Shown: positions 19,660-29,441 of the stretch, piece after piece
Layout of the letters: every line of letters starts with the position of its first letter
How positions within the stretch are numbered: the first letter of the stretch is position 1
Assembly: GCA_030650605.1 (NCBI GenBank)
Contig: JAUSDP010000020.1
Location: 83,282-147,281 of the forward strand
DNA: 64,000 nucleotides
Origin: a bacterium
GTDB lineage: Bacteria > Patescibacteriota > Minisyncoccia > Phycocordibacterales > Zambryskibacteraceae
Direction: 5' to 3'
Position numbers and translations under genes: made by a program
Notes under the pieces: model-generated
Databases searched by the model: none
Told to the model about the DNA's origin: nothing
Seen by the model: only the letters and a program-made list of their open reading frames with translations

Positions 19660-21437
19660 AAGATAGATCAATGAAAACATTCAAAACCTTGGCATCTGTC
19701 GCGATGTTGACCTCACTTGTGACTGGTTGTGTTTCCAGTCAGTTGACACAATCCACCAAAAGAGATGTCTCCAAAGCTTCCGAATCGGCACAAGCTGACA
19801 TTGAAAAATTCAGAATTCCGTTCGCTAATGACAAGGCATCCGTCGAGGCAAGTCAGGAAGTAAATGCGCCATATATCGCTGGCCGATCAGTTCCATTGGC
19901 TCGCGACGTTTCATTGCCGCGCCCACTCCAAAAGGGGATGAAAACGACTCTGATTTTTCCTGAGCGTCGCGTATCAATCGCTACTGCGGCAGAGAGAATT
20001 ATGATGGCCACCGGAATCACCGTAAATATTGGTCCTGATGTTTACATGGATAGCGCATCTCTATTGCCGAAAAAAGCTGGTGCTCCTGCACCAGCCGCTG
20101 TTGCCCCAACGATCCTTGGTGTCACTTCCGGGGTGACCTCTTTGCCCGCAATTTCAGGTGTGCCAGGATCTAATATGGGCCTTCAAATGCCAACGCAGCT
20201 AACAAAAGTGCAGGCAGCGGTCAATAATCCAGAACTGGAACAAGACTCGCCGAGGGGTTTTGAATTTCCACAAGTGGAAGCGCCCCTGTCGCAAATTCTT
20301 GATATGGTTTCAGTGAGACTGGGAATCCACTGGAAATATACTGAAGCGACAAACAGTATTCGATTCTATAGATTGGTAACGAAATCCTGGAAAATTCCGG
20401 TCTCGCCGGCTGCGAACTCCTATTCGACTATTTTGGAAGGTGGCACAGCACAATCGACAAATGCCAATGCTGCCACTTCGAAACCTGGGACATCCCCCAT
20501 CAGCAGTTCGTCCAATGGTCTGAATGATCTATTTTCTATTCGAGACAGTGTAGATACGCTTCTGACGAAATCAGGATCACTCTCCGCATCATTAGCGACG
20601 GGCACCATTACCCTCACTGATACAAGTGAGGTAGTAGAAGCAGTCGATACCATGATTAAAGGTGAAATTAAGACCCTTTCTCAAGTTGTCTTCTTGAGAC
20701 TCAAAACAGTTCAGGTCACGACAAAAGATAACGGCGAATCGGCTGTAGATATTGGAGCGATCGTTAACAAAGCATTAAAGGGTATCCCAGATTTAACACT
20801 GTCTTTGTCGGGTCCTGCCTCTCTCGTAAGCAGCAACTCCGGGTCCTTGGGATTCAACATTATGTCCGGTGAATCCAAAGGCACTATGGCGGTCATTAAA
20901 TCTCTGCAAGAGGTCGGAGACGTCCAGACATCAACTGAGATTCCTTTATCAACCAGGAATCGGCACGCAATCTACTATAACGTGCGCAATGCATATTCAT
21001 ACGTTGCCTCAACAACCCCTGCGACTGCCACGTCTGGAGGCACTGGTGGAACGCCTGGCATTACGACGGCTCAAGATACAGTCGGATTGAAGTTAATGCT
21101 GTATCCGAACGTTACATCTAACGGCACAGTCATGCTTACCGTGTCTTTAGATCAAAGTGTCTTGCAGAGCAAGGAAACATTTTCAAGTGGTGCAGGATCC
21201 AATATTCAATCCGTGCAGCTTCCAAATGTGAATGGTGAAGGATCTACTCAAGAAGTTCCTATTCGGAATGGACAAACGGTAGTCTTGGCGGGTTTTGATC
21301 GAGTGACGAATCAGTACGACAAACGTACGCTGGGCGACGGGATACCGTACCTTGCAGGTGGTTCTATGACAGCCGGACGCACCAGAACTACCACTTTGGT
21401 TTTGGCGTCAGTGATAACCAACGATCTTGATAACTAG
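19656..21437 (+). CDS. pilN: PilN type IVb pilus secretin lipoprotein
   Basis: Lipobox VTGC; GTITLTDT, VQLP, GQTVVLAGF. Confidence 0.9.
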   Translation: MKDRSMKTFKTLASVAMLTSLVTGCVSSQLTQSTKRDVSKASESAQADIEKFRIPFANDKASVEASQEVNAPYIAGRSVPLARDVSLPRPLQKGMKTTLIFPERRVSIATAAERIMMATGITVNIGPDVYMDSASLLPKKAGAPAPAAVAPTILGVTSGVTSLPAISGVPGSNMGLQMPTQLTKVQAAVNNPELEQDSPRGFEFPQVEAPLSQILDMVSVRLGIHWKYTEATNSIRFYRLVTKSWKIPVSPAANSYSTILEGGTAQSTNANAATSKPGTSPISSSSNGLNDLFSIRDSVDTLLTKSGSLSASLATGTITLTDTSEVVEAVDTMIKGEIKTLSQVVFLRLKTVQVTTKDNGESAVDIGAIVNKALKGIPDLTLSLSGPASLVSSNSGSLGFNIMSGESKGTMAVIKSLQEVGDVQTSTEIPLSTRNRHAIYYNVRNAYSYVASTTPATATSGGTGGTPGITTAQDTVGLKLMLYPNVTSNGTVMLTVSLDQSVLQSKETFSSGAGSNIQSVQLPNVNGEGSTQEVPIRNGQTVVLAGFDRVTNQYDKRTLGDGIPYLAGGSMTAGRTRTTTLVLASVITNDLDN

Positions 21438-21448
21438 TAGGTAATCTG

Positions 21449-22738
21449 ATGATTCTCAATATCGACGGGAAAAACCTTGTTTTCGGCATGCGCTGGAAGG
21501 TGTTGGTGTCAGGTGGTACCGCAAATAAAGATGCGCGAGCCTCCAAATCATCCTTCATGTGGCACGCAGACAAGGCGATTTACTTCGGCTTGCTCGGTGA
21601 AAAAGAAGGCAAAGAAAAGCTAAAGCAGCCACTCTTTTCTGGAGCGGTTGCATTAGCTCACATGTATCACGAGAACCCCAATATTCTTTTGGTGTTGCCA
21701 TTACCCGATGAGGAGGGATATGTCGTTTGTGGTATCCGCCAAGGACGTCCAAGATCTGGCTTTGATGTCATTGTCGAAGATGAACTTGAAGTCAATCGAT
21801 TGGTGAATGAATTTAGCGCTATCTGTGAGCAAGATTCGTTTGTGCTCCTCGGGCAGGCACACATTGATGGTATCAGTCCGTTGACATTTGAGGAAATTGC
21901 TTCCACTTGCGATACTTTCTCTCAGTTGAAAAAAGTAAGTGGCATCCCCTTTAATCCTCTGATGCTGTTGGCGTTGATGGTGGCCGTCGGACTAGTATGG
22001 GGTGGGGGAAACGCTTATGTGAAGCACCGCAAATTGGAGCAACAAAGACGAGCGCTCGCAGCCAAAAAAACCGCACAACAACTCTACTCCGAATCAATAG
22101 AGGCTAAACGCGGTGAAAGTGCGCTTATTGCCAGCAATTTGGCCCCTGTCTCAGATTGGGTACGAGCTTTGCCACTTTGGTTAGGTGGTTGGAAATTGAC
22201 GACGATAACGTGCAAAACTGCCACGGACAAAACGATGAAATGTGATCTGAATTTTGCGCGAGGAAAGAATCCAGATGCTACAAATCAAACCTTCATTAAC
22301 ACCGCTGGAAACCTATTTGACAGTGTTGAATTTGTGGATGGAGCACGCACGATTCATGCGACAACGTCCATCAAAGGACTGGCGTTTAGCAATTTAGGTG
22401 CCGCTTTTGATTCGTCAAAGAAGCAGAGGGATGAAGTCCTGGAATTCGGATCCACTTTGCAATTTCTGTCTCGTTTCGGTGAGCAGCAATTGCAGAAATC
22501 TATGCCTTTCGGTGTTCCTGTCGGCGTCAATGTGGCCGAGCTCTCTCAAGCGCCAATTATGTCATCAGCATGGGAATTCAATGGCCCATTACGCGCCCTT
22601 GAATTGACGAGTCAGTTTCCAAAATATGTGTCGGTAAACCAAATCGTGATTGTCATTAAGGATGCTCCTGATTTTCAATCTACTCATTCGATGGTGGCTA
22701 TTAAAGTTAGTGGCGCGGTCTTCTCAAAAGAAATTTAA
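21449..22738 (+). CDS. pilO: PilO pilus accessory protein
   Basis: FGMRW start, central TM, GGWKL..I.C; synteny. Confidence 0.8.
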   Translation: MILNIDGKNLVFGMRWKVLVSGGTANKDARASKSSFMWHADKAIYFGLLGEKEGKEKLKQPLFSGAVALAHMYHENPNILLVLPLPDEEGYVVCGIRQGRPRSGFDVIVEDELEVNRLVNEFSAICEQDSFVLLGQAHIDGISPLTFEEIASTCDTFSQLKKVSGIPFNPLMLLALMVAVGLVWGGGNAYVKHRKLEQQRRALAAKKTAQQLYSESIEAKRGESALIASNLAPVSDWVRALPLWLGGWKLTTITCKTATDKTMKCDLNFARGKNPDATNQTFINTAGNLFDSVEFVDGARTIHATTSIKGLAFSNLGAAFDSSKKQRDEVLEFGSTLQFLSRFGEQQLQKSMPFGVPVGVNVAELSQAPIMSSAWEFNGPLRALELTSQFPKYVSVNQIVIVIKDAPDFQSTHSMVAIKVSGAVFSKEI

Positions 22739-22743
22739 CTGAA

Positions 22744-23268
22744 ATGGAGTTCAGCATGAAAGTGTTTTTATCTACAGCATTATTGACCGTCGTTATGACC
22801 TCTTCTATCAACGTTTTTGCCGCTGACGAATCCTCGATCAGTATGGGCAAATTATTGGATGTTGAAGCACAGATTACGATGAAAAAAATGCGCGATGAGT
22901 TGGAGAAGCCTGCGCCAGGTTCCGCAGCGGTACAGGTGGTTCAGCAATTAACTCCAGCACCAAAGCCTACCTTTGTCGAGCCGCGTCCAGTAACTCAATC
23001 CATCTATGGCAATTCTGGACACTATCTTGGGCAGATCGCATTTGGAACCGAGTCGTACTCTGTTTCGGTGGGAAAAAATGTTAGGGAGTACGTCGTTACC
23101 AACATTGATTCAAACGGGATCTATTTAGAAAAAACCGTCATTTTGCCTAAACGACAAAAGCGTCAATTCAAACATGCAAAGACAACACAAATTCTTTCGA
23201 AACAAACTGTTTTCGCGCCGCTTTTGGAAACGATTGATTCTTCTTTATTAAGAGATCGATCCTTCTAA
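22744..23268 (+). CDS. pilP: PilP-like pilus protein
   Basis: Signal peptide, SIYG motif; between pilO and pilQ. Confidence 0.65.
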   Translation: MEFSMKVFLSTALLTVVMTSSINVFAADESSISMGKLLDVEAQITMKKMRDELEKPAPGSAAVQVVQQLTPAPKPTFVEPRPVTQSIYGNSGHYLGQIAFGTESYSVSVGKNVREYVVTNIDSNGIYLEKTVILPKRQKRQFKHAKTTQILSKQTVFAPLLETIDSSLLRDRSF

Positions 23269-23304
23269 AGTTGATCTCTCAAAACGTAAAACGGTGAGTA
23301 TTCA

Positions 23305-25047
23305 ATGTTAAAAAGTTTGTTTAGGAAGTTGTTTGGCACGAAGCCGAAGGCGCGTCCAGCGGCATTGCCAAAGCGAAAAACGTTACACCCATCACCAGGG
23401 TCTCCAAAGGATCTTGAAGTCAAGATCGCGCATTCCGACGATCTACCATCGTTCGAACGCAAGCTCTATGATGTCGTCAATCTTCAGCCTTCGTTAAGGC
23501 ATCGCTTGTGTCCTATTGAGGTCGAACCAGGTAAGTATGCGATTGTATTACTTCAAGAAGACATACGATCTGACGTGACCGAAGAAGTGGTCAAGATACT
23601 CTCGTTCAAATACGCTAAGGCCACCCCGTTTTACTACGTCACGAACAAGTCTGTCATGGTAGAACTTGCTCGTGACATGATTACGGAGAATAAAAAAAAG
23701 GCTAGCAATAAAAATGCTGCCGCTGTTGGAAAAAAAGAAGGTAGTGCGCTCTGGGCGCTATTTGAAAGTGCAGTGTTATTCAGCATGGAAAATGATGCGT
23801 CAGATTTGCATTTTGAAATTGATCGAAGTAATCACCAATCTAAAATTCGATTTAGAGTAGATGGCTGGATGACTAGTCCGCGTCAGTTTCAGCTCGGAAC
23901 GATGGAAATGATGGATTCGCTCGCGTATTTATTTAATGTCCATAGTAAATCTGGATCTGAAAATACTTATAACGAGAATAAGGCGCAGCAGTGTCAAATT
24001 CAGACGTCAATAAATTCACGCAAAATGCTATTTCGTTGGGCCTCAAATCAGACCGCCAATGGGAACAAGGTTGTCATGCGTATGTTGTACCAAGACGAAG
24101 TACAAACAATTCGTTCATTGTCAGATTTAGGATATTTTCCCTCACAAATCGAAATCTGGAAGAGGGCCATTGCTCGGCAAGGAGGGGGCACAATTATTTC
24201 CGGTACGGTAGGGTCCGGGAAATCCACAACGATGCAGACAGTGATGTCGATGCTTCCAGACTGGATGGCAAAGTACACAGTGGAAGATCCGGTTGAATAT
24301 ATTATTCCTAACACCACACAAATATCAGTGTCTCGAAAAATGGACGATCAGGATGGAGATCCATTTTTGGCTGTTAAGCGTCAGCTGAAAAGGATGGATC
24401 CTGATGTGGTTCTTATCGGTGAAATTCGAGACAAAGAGAGCGCTGGATTGTTTAGAGACATCGCGGAGTCTGGTCATCGTGCCTTCTCTACGGTTCACGC
24501 GCCCTCGGCAATTGACATGATCACACTGCGCTTAACGTCAACCGAATTAGGCATCCCAAGAGATGTGATAGCAACACCAAACTTTCTTAACTTATTGGTC
24601 TATCAAGCTTTGGTTCCAAAGGTGTGTCCAAATTGCAAATTGCCCGGCGATGGCATTTTGTCTGGGTCATATCTTGAACAAATCAAACGGCTATTTGACA
24701 TTGATAGTTCGGCGATTAATGTTATCAATTCTGTGGGATGTGATGATTGCCGACGAGAAAGCCTACCCGAACTCAATGGCTCAAAGAGCCGCATTGTTGT
24801 GGCCGAAATGATTGAGCCGGATGCTGTCATGTTAATGCTTTTTCGGGATCAGAAAAATCTCGAAGTCAAAGAATACATACGCTTAACTCGAACGTCACGG
24901 TTTGATGAGCCAGAATCCAAGGGAAAAACAGTCATGGAAGTTGCGATGTACCACGTAAGTCAAGGGATAGTCGATCCGCGTGAAGTTGAGAAGAAATTTG
25001 GTTCATTTGACCAATATGAGAGCGAGCGCGCCAGAGGTACAAACTAA
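23305..25047 (+). CDS. pilQ: PilQ pilus assembly ATPase
   Basis: ASDLH, RFRVDG, GTVGSGKST, EDPVE, RMDPDVVLIGEIRD, CPNC..CDDC. Confidence 0.92.
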   Translation: MLKSLFRKLFGTKPKARPAALPKRKTLHPSPGSPKDLEVKIAHSDDLPSFERKLYDVVNLQPSLRHRLCPIEVEPGKYAIVLLQEDIRSDVTEEVVKILSFKYAKATPFYYVTNKSVMVELARDMITENKKKASNKNAAAVGKKEGSALWALFESAVLFSMENDASDLHFEIDRSNHQSKIRFRVDGWMTSPRQFQLGTMEMMDSLAYLFNVHSKSGSENTYNENKAQQCQIQTSINSRKMLFRWASNQTANGNKVVMRMLYQDEVQTIRSLSDLGYFPSQIEIWKRAIARQGGGTIISGTVGSGKSTTMQTVMSMLPDWMAKYTVEDPVEYIIPNTTQISVSRKMDDQDGDPFLAVKRQLKRMDPDVVLIGEIRDKESAGLFRDIAESGHRAFSTVHAPSAIDMITLRLTSTELGIPRDVIATPNFLNLLVYQALVPKVCPNCKLPGDGILSGSYLEQIKRLFDIDSSAINVINSVGCDDCRRESLPELNGSKSRIVVAEMIEPDAVMLMLFRDQKNLEVKEYIRLTRTSRFDEPESKGKTVMEVAMYHVSQGIVDPREVEKKFGSFDQYESERARGTN

Positions 25048-25168
25048 ATATCAGCAGTCAATTTCAGCAACATTTTGTTAACTGTTGTTCGCAAATGTAG
25101 TAACATACGAATCAAATATTTTGCGTTTATGTGAATTTTATAGCGCTTACCTGAAAATGGGAGATGTA

Positions 25169-26263
25169 ATGCAGGAGACGAAGAACAGCTTGGAATTAAG
25201 ACTCGCCGCGTGGGAGTTTAAGTCGCTCCGTGGAACTTTTTATCTCGATTTGGCGAAAGCGATGAAGGCTTCACCTGGCGAGCCGATCACCAAATTTTTA
25301 AACCGGTATGGCGAACGATATGAAAAGGAGCCGATCGGGATTTTAGCTCGCCATTGGTTGTCGAGATTCAATCACGTAGGGACCTTTACGGAGTCTGTCC
25401 GTGGAACTATTCCGGACGAAGATTTAACTGTGCTTGCGGTTTCAGAGCAATCCGGCGATCTGCGGGTCGGACTTGCGTCCCTGGGAAGAAATATCATTGG
25501 ATTGACCGCTTGCAAAAAAGAGATTGTTGGGGCGCTAAAGGCTTCAGTGTTTCTCATTCTCCTTTTGCATGTTTTTTTCGCTATCGAAGCATTTGTGGTG
25601 ATGCCAAAAATTGAGAGCGCCATGAAATCGAATATTGACCTCAATAAATTGGGCACGATCGGCTACGTCTTTTTTTCTGGAGCTGATTTTATACGTGGTT
25701 GGTGGTGGGCTTGGTTTGCTTTACTTATATTTCTGACTGCGGCCGTTATTTGGGCTTTACCAAATTACGTTGGTCGTATGCGTTCATGGTTGGACAACAA
25801 TATTCTCCCGTTCCAAATGTATCGAGATTTTAACGGAGCCTCATTTCTTACCTCTCTCGGTTCAGTCACGACTTTGATGGGATCTCAGGTTGTCCAGTTG
25901 AATGATGCCTTATCACGCATTGCCGAAGATGCCTATCCGTGGCTGTCATGGCAGATCAATATGATTCAAGACAATCTCCAGATCAATCCCAATGGTAAGG
26001 GTGAAATTTTCAATACTGGCATAGTCAACAGGATGGCTTATTACAGAATTTTGGATATGGCGGACTACGCAGAGATGTCCGTCATGCTGAGTTCCGTAGG
26101 CGACATTATCTTGGAAACTGCGCCGATTGAAACAAAGAAAAAAGCGGAAACTTTACGCTATGTTTTGATGATTATTTGTCTGTCCATGATGCTTGGTGTG
26201 TATGGCGGAACGTTTGGTTTAATTGACGCATTTAAGGCGCAGGTGCAATTAAAGTCGATGTAG
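25169..26263 (+). CDS. pilR: PilR inner-membrane platform protein
   Basis: GspF-like with three TM segments, PFQMYRDFNGASFL; start at MQETK (GGAG RBS). Confidence 0.85.
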   Translation: MQETKNSLELRLAAWEFKSLRGTFYLDLAKAMKASPGEPITKFLNRYGERYEKEPIGILARHWLSRFNHVGTFTESVRGTIPDEDLTVLAVSEQSGDLRVGLASLGRNIIGLTACKKEIVGALKASVFLILLLHVFFAIEAFVVMPKIESAMKSNIDLNKLGTIGYVFFSGADFIRGWWWAWFALLIFLTAAVIWALPNYVGRMRSWLDNNILPFQMYRDFNGASFLTSLGSVTTLMGSQVVQLNDALSRIAEDAYPWLSWQINMIQDNLQINPNGKGEIFNTGIVNRMAYYRILDMADYAEMSVMLSSVGDIILETAPIETKKKAETLRYVLMIICLSMMLGVYGGTFGLIDAFKAQVQLKSM

Positions 26264-26302
26264 TAAGTGGCAGTATTTTTTTGTAGTTAAATTTTCTAAA
26301 AG

Positions 26303-26866
26303 GTGAAAAAAATGGTTAAAGCAAGTTTCAAGAAATTGTCTCATTTTTCAAAAATGAAAAAACAGGCTGGTAATGTCATGGTCGAATACGGCTTCTATAT
26401 GGTACTCGCAGCAATTGCCATCGGGGGTATCGTCACTTACTTTGCGAGTAACTCAACCGCAGAACAAGCACAGCAATTGACCGCTGATTTGACGACTATG
26501 TTTGGGAGAGTCAAGGGCGGATATGCAAACAATTACGCCATCATCAACAACGCAAAATTGGACTCAGGTGGTTTCTTCAAAAATCTGCCGTCACTGAATA
26601 ACGTTGCTGGCGTCGTTACAACAAGTCTGGGCGGTGGGACCTTAACGGTCACGCCTGGAACAGTAACGGTCGCTGGAGACAGCGTTCAATATGTAGTCAC
26701 GCAAATTCCTGACGCTGGCTGTCTGCCAGTCGTCACCTCGCTCGTCAAGAATGCCACTCGATTGTTAATCGGAGCGAACGTGGTTAAGGAAGTTGGTAGT
26801 CTGCCGGATCCTTCGAAAATCATATGTGCTGGCGATGCCAACACGATGACGGTCATATCCCAGTAA
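26303..26866 (+). CDS. pilS: PilS major type IVb prepilin
   Basis: Basic leader, QAG|NVMVE cleavage site with E+5, hydrophobic helix, two C-terminal Cys. Confidence 0.88.
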   Translation: MKKMVKASFKKLSHFSKMKKQAGNVMVEYGFYMVLAAIAIGGIVTYFASNSTAEQAQQLTADLTTMFGRVKGGYANNYAIINNAKLDSGGFFKNLPSLNNVAGVVTTSLGGGTLTVTPGTVTVAGDSVQYVVTQIPDAGCLPVVTSLVKNATRLLIGANVVKEVGSLPDPSKIICAGDANTMTVISQ

Positions 26867-26916
26867 CGTGAAATGGCGATCAGCCGCGTACAGTCTCCAA
26901 TTGGAATCTTCAATCA

Positions 26917-27945
26917 ATGAATGAACTTGCTAAAGATGTGCTCTTGGGAGTATCACTGTTTTCTGATTGGAGACTGTACGCGGCTGATCTAAGTAAGTCC
27001 TGCGCACTTGAAGGGCTTAGTCCGATAAGGCAACCAAACTCTGAAGACAAGCAAAGAGTTTGGTTACCTTATCGGGAATTATCCGAAATTATGCAGAAAT
27101 TTTGCGATCAACTCACGGCAAAATGCATAGAGTTAAGCCGTCCATGGCGGTGCTTTAACGTTGATTTTACAGATGGCGAAAACCATTTGCGATTTCGCAT
27201 TCAAGAGATGGGAAATTTCTATGCATGCAAAAGAATTCTTACTTCTCCTCCTAATCTTGATGAGCTGAAGGGAGTCCCAGACACCGTAAAAGCTGCTATC
27301 ACCTCTTCGGTCTTAAAACTTACCGGAGGGCTCGTATTAATGGTTGGTGATACCGGCACCGGCAAGACCATGTTTGCATCCGCTGCCTTGCGCGAGAGGC
27401 TTAAAAAGTTTGGTGGATATTGTCTTGTTTTGGCTGACCCACCTGAGCAGCCTCTTGGCGATGATGGCGGCCATTATGTTGGTGCGAATGGCTATGTGGA
27501 TGAGGTTGATGTTAGTGAGATCGGCTATACGCAAGCGCTAGAACATTCTTTGCGAAGTTTTCCTGTTGGCAAAACAGGTTCTCTCTTTTACGGAGAAATT
27601 CGCTCAGACAGTAATGCATTCGACTTAATCAGTGCCTCATGTGATGGTCACGAAGTATTTTCAACGATGCATGCCATGACACCAGATGCAGCCCTTGAGC
27701 GCCTTATTTCGTGGTGTGTCCGAGGTGGTATTCCAGTCGATCTTGTCCGAAGTATGTTGGCACAATCGCTTTTTTGCATCATCTGGCACCGAGTGGAATA
27801 TGGACGTTTCATTTCTGCTGCTTATCTCGTATCTGAAACAACGAGGCAGCGTATCCGCGAAGGTCACGCACTGCCGATCAAATCCACTGCGACGCAAACT
27901 CCAATGGTGAGTGTGCCGAATTTGCAAAAGCCAACAAAAAATTGA
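26917..27945 (+). CDS. PilT/BfpF-like ATPase in the pil operon
   Basis: GDTGTGKT, ADPPE, GEIRS, GHEVFSTMHA. Confidence 0.8.
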   Translation: MNELAKDVLLGVSLFSDWRLYAADLSKSCALEGLSPIRQPNSEDKQRVWLPYRELSEIMQKFCDQLTAKCIELSRPWRCFNVDFTDGENHLRFRIQEMGNFYACKRILTSPPNLDELKGVPDTVKAAITSSVLKLTGGLVLMVGDTGTGKTMFASAALRERLKKFGGYCLVLADPPEQPLGDDGGHYVGANGYVDEVDVSEIGYTQALEHSLRSFPVGKTGSLFYGEIRSDSNAFDLISASCDGHEVFSTMHAMTPDAALERLISWCVRGGIPVDLVRSMLAQSLFCIIWHRVEYGRFISAAYLVSETTRQRIREGHALPIKSTATQTPMVSVPNLQKPTKN

Positions 27946-29441
27946 ATGTAGATACTTATATGAAGACTCAAATGAAACGTTGTTGGAAAAAATCAAATCA
28001 AAGTGGTTCTCTGATGATCGAGATGGCACTCTATTTGGCCGTCTCGGCGATCCTGCTGACATCCCAGATCGCCAAAGTAAATCAAGATTTGGAGGCCTCG
28101 CTATCCGTAGGAACCGGTCAATATTTGACCGCCCTGCAAAGTGGAGTGAACAAATATGTCCTAGATAATGCCTCTTCATTGACGTCAAATCCTCTTCCGT
28201 CAAGTTTTACGAATAATGGCGTGACCTTTTCAGGAACTCATATCCTTCAACCAACGATCGCGGATTTGACGAATGCAACCTATTTACCACTTGGATTTGG
28301 AAATGTCAGTCCGCTTGGATTAAGTTTCAAAATCACACTTGCGCAAACGGGAACGTGTCCCGGGGCTGGATGCAACGTTACAGGCTTTGGCGTTTCTACC
28401 GCTCCCTACAAAGATGCGACCGGAGCACTACGCACGGATGTACTGACCGATGCAGTCCGCACTGTCGGCATCGATGCTGGAATGTCCTACGCTGAGGCGC
28501 CAGGAACCTTACGTGGTTATGGCGGCAGTTGGTCGGCACCCAATCCGACTGGCGACGCAGGGCGTCTTGCCATTCGCGTAGGTAGCGATTCCGGTATTGC
28601 CGCGTTACTCGCTCAGTTCTATAAAACAGATGGTACTCGTCCACTAGCTGGAACAATGAATGCCGCCAATAACGATATCAATAACGTTAAGAATTTAACT
28701 GCGCAGAATATTCAGATATCAAATACGGCAACAATTCAAGACGCCAAAATAGCAGGCAATACCTTTATGAACGGGGTGGCCACTGCTGGCTCAGCCTGTC
28801 TTGTCAGCGAACAAAATGCCGTGCGTCGCAATGCAAATCAGACTGGCCTTGTGGTTTGTGGAAATGGATTATGGCAAACGGTGGGAAATGCAATAGCAGG
28901 AATTTCCGCAGGGTCTGCCTGCTCGCTGACAGGACAACTTGGAACCAATGAGTTAGGCGTCGCGTTCATCTGCAATGGAACCACGTTTGAGTCGTTACTA
29001 CCGTTTAGAGCAGCACCAGGATCGGCTTGTGCTCAACCTGGAACGACGGCGGTTTCAACAGTCGATAGTGAACAATTGGTTTGTAAAGGATCGCCAGCAG
29101 TTTATCAAAAATTGACAGATCTTCTTGGTAAAACAGTCGAATACGACAGACTTAATGTTCAGGACAAGAATATTGTCGTGTTCCCGCCTTGCGCCCCTGG
29201 CGGGGTGCCAGGATATTCATTTGATACCCGACAATCACTCACTGATATGGGCATTGTTCCGCCACGACAGTTGTTAGTGTATGGCGCAAATCTAATTGCT
29301 GGGGGATGGACCATTAGTATCAAACTGAAAAATGACGTGGGGTCTTTTTTTGGAACTGGGCCAGTAAAAGACGTCGGTGATCCATCGCCAAATGCCCCAT
29401 ACAACTTAACCGCTGTTCTGAGACGTGAATGTACCTACTAA
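27942..29441 (+). CDS. pilV: PilV-like tip adhesin (minor pilin)
   Basis: QSG|SLMIE pilin N-terminus, YLPLGF, GSW, DG..PL.G.M....NDINN, Cys repeats. Confidence 0.85.
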   Translation: MNVDTYMKTQMKRCWKKSNQSGSLMIEMALYLAVSAILLTSQIAKVNQDLEASLSVGTGQYLTALQSGVNKYVLDNASSLTSNPLPSSFTNNGVTFSGTHILQPTIADLTNATYLPLGFGNVSPLGLSFKITLAQTGTCPGAGCNVTGFGVSTAPYKDATGALRTDVLTDAVRTVGIDAGMSYAEAPGTLRGYGGSWSAPNPTGDAGRLAIRVGSDSGIAALLAQFYKTDGTRPLAGTMNAANNDINNVKNLTAQNIQISNTATIQDAKIAGNTFMNGVATAGSACLVSEQNAVRRNANQTGLVVCGNGLWQTVGNAIAGISAGSACSLTGQLGTNELGVAFICNGTTFESLLPFRAAPGSACAQPGTTAVSTVDSEQLVCKGSPAVYQKLTDLLGKTVEYDRLNVQDKNIVVFPPCAPGGVPGYSFDTRQSLTDMGIVPPRQLLVYGANLIAGGWTISIKLKNDVGSFFGTGPVKDVGDPSPNAPYNLTAVLRRECTY

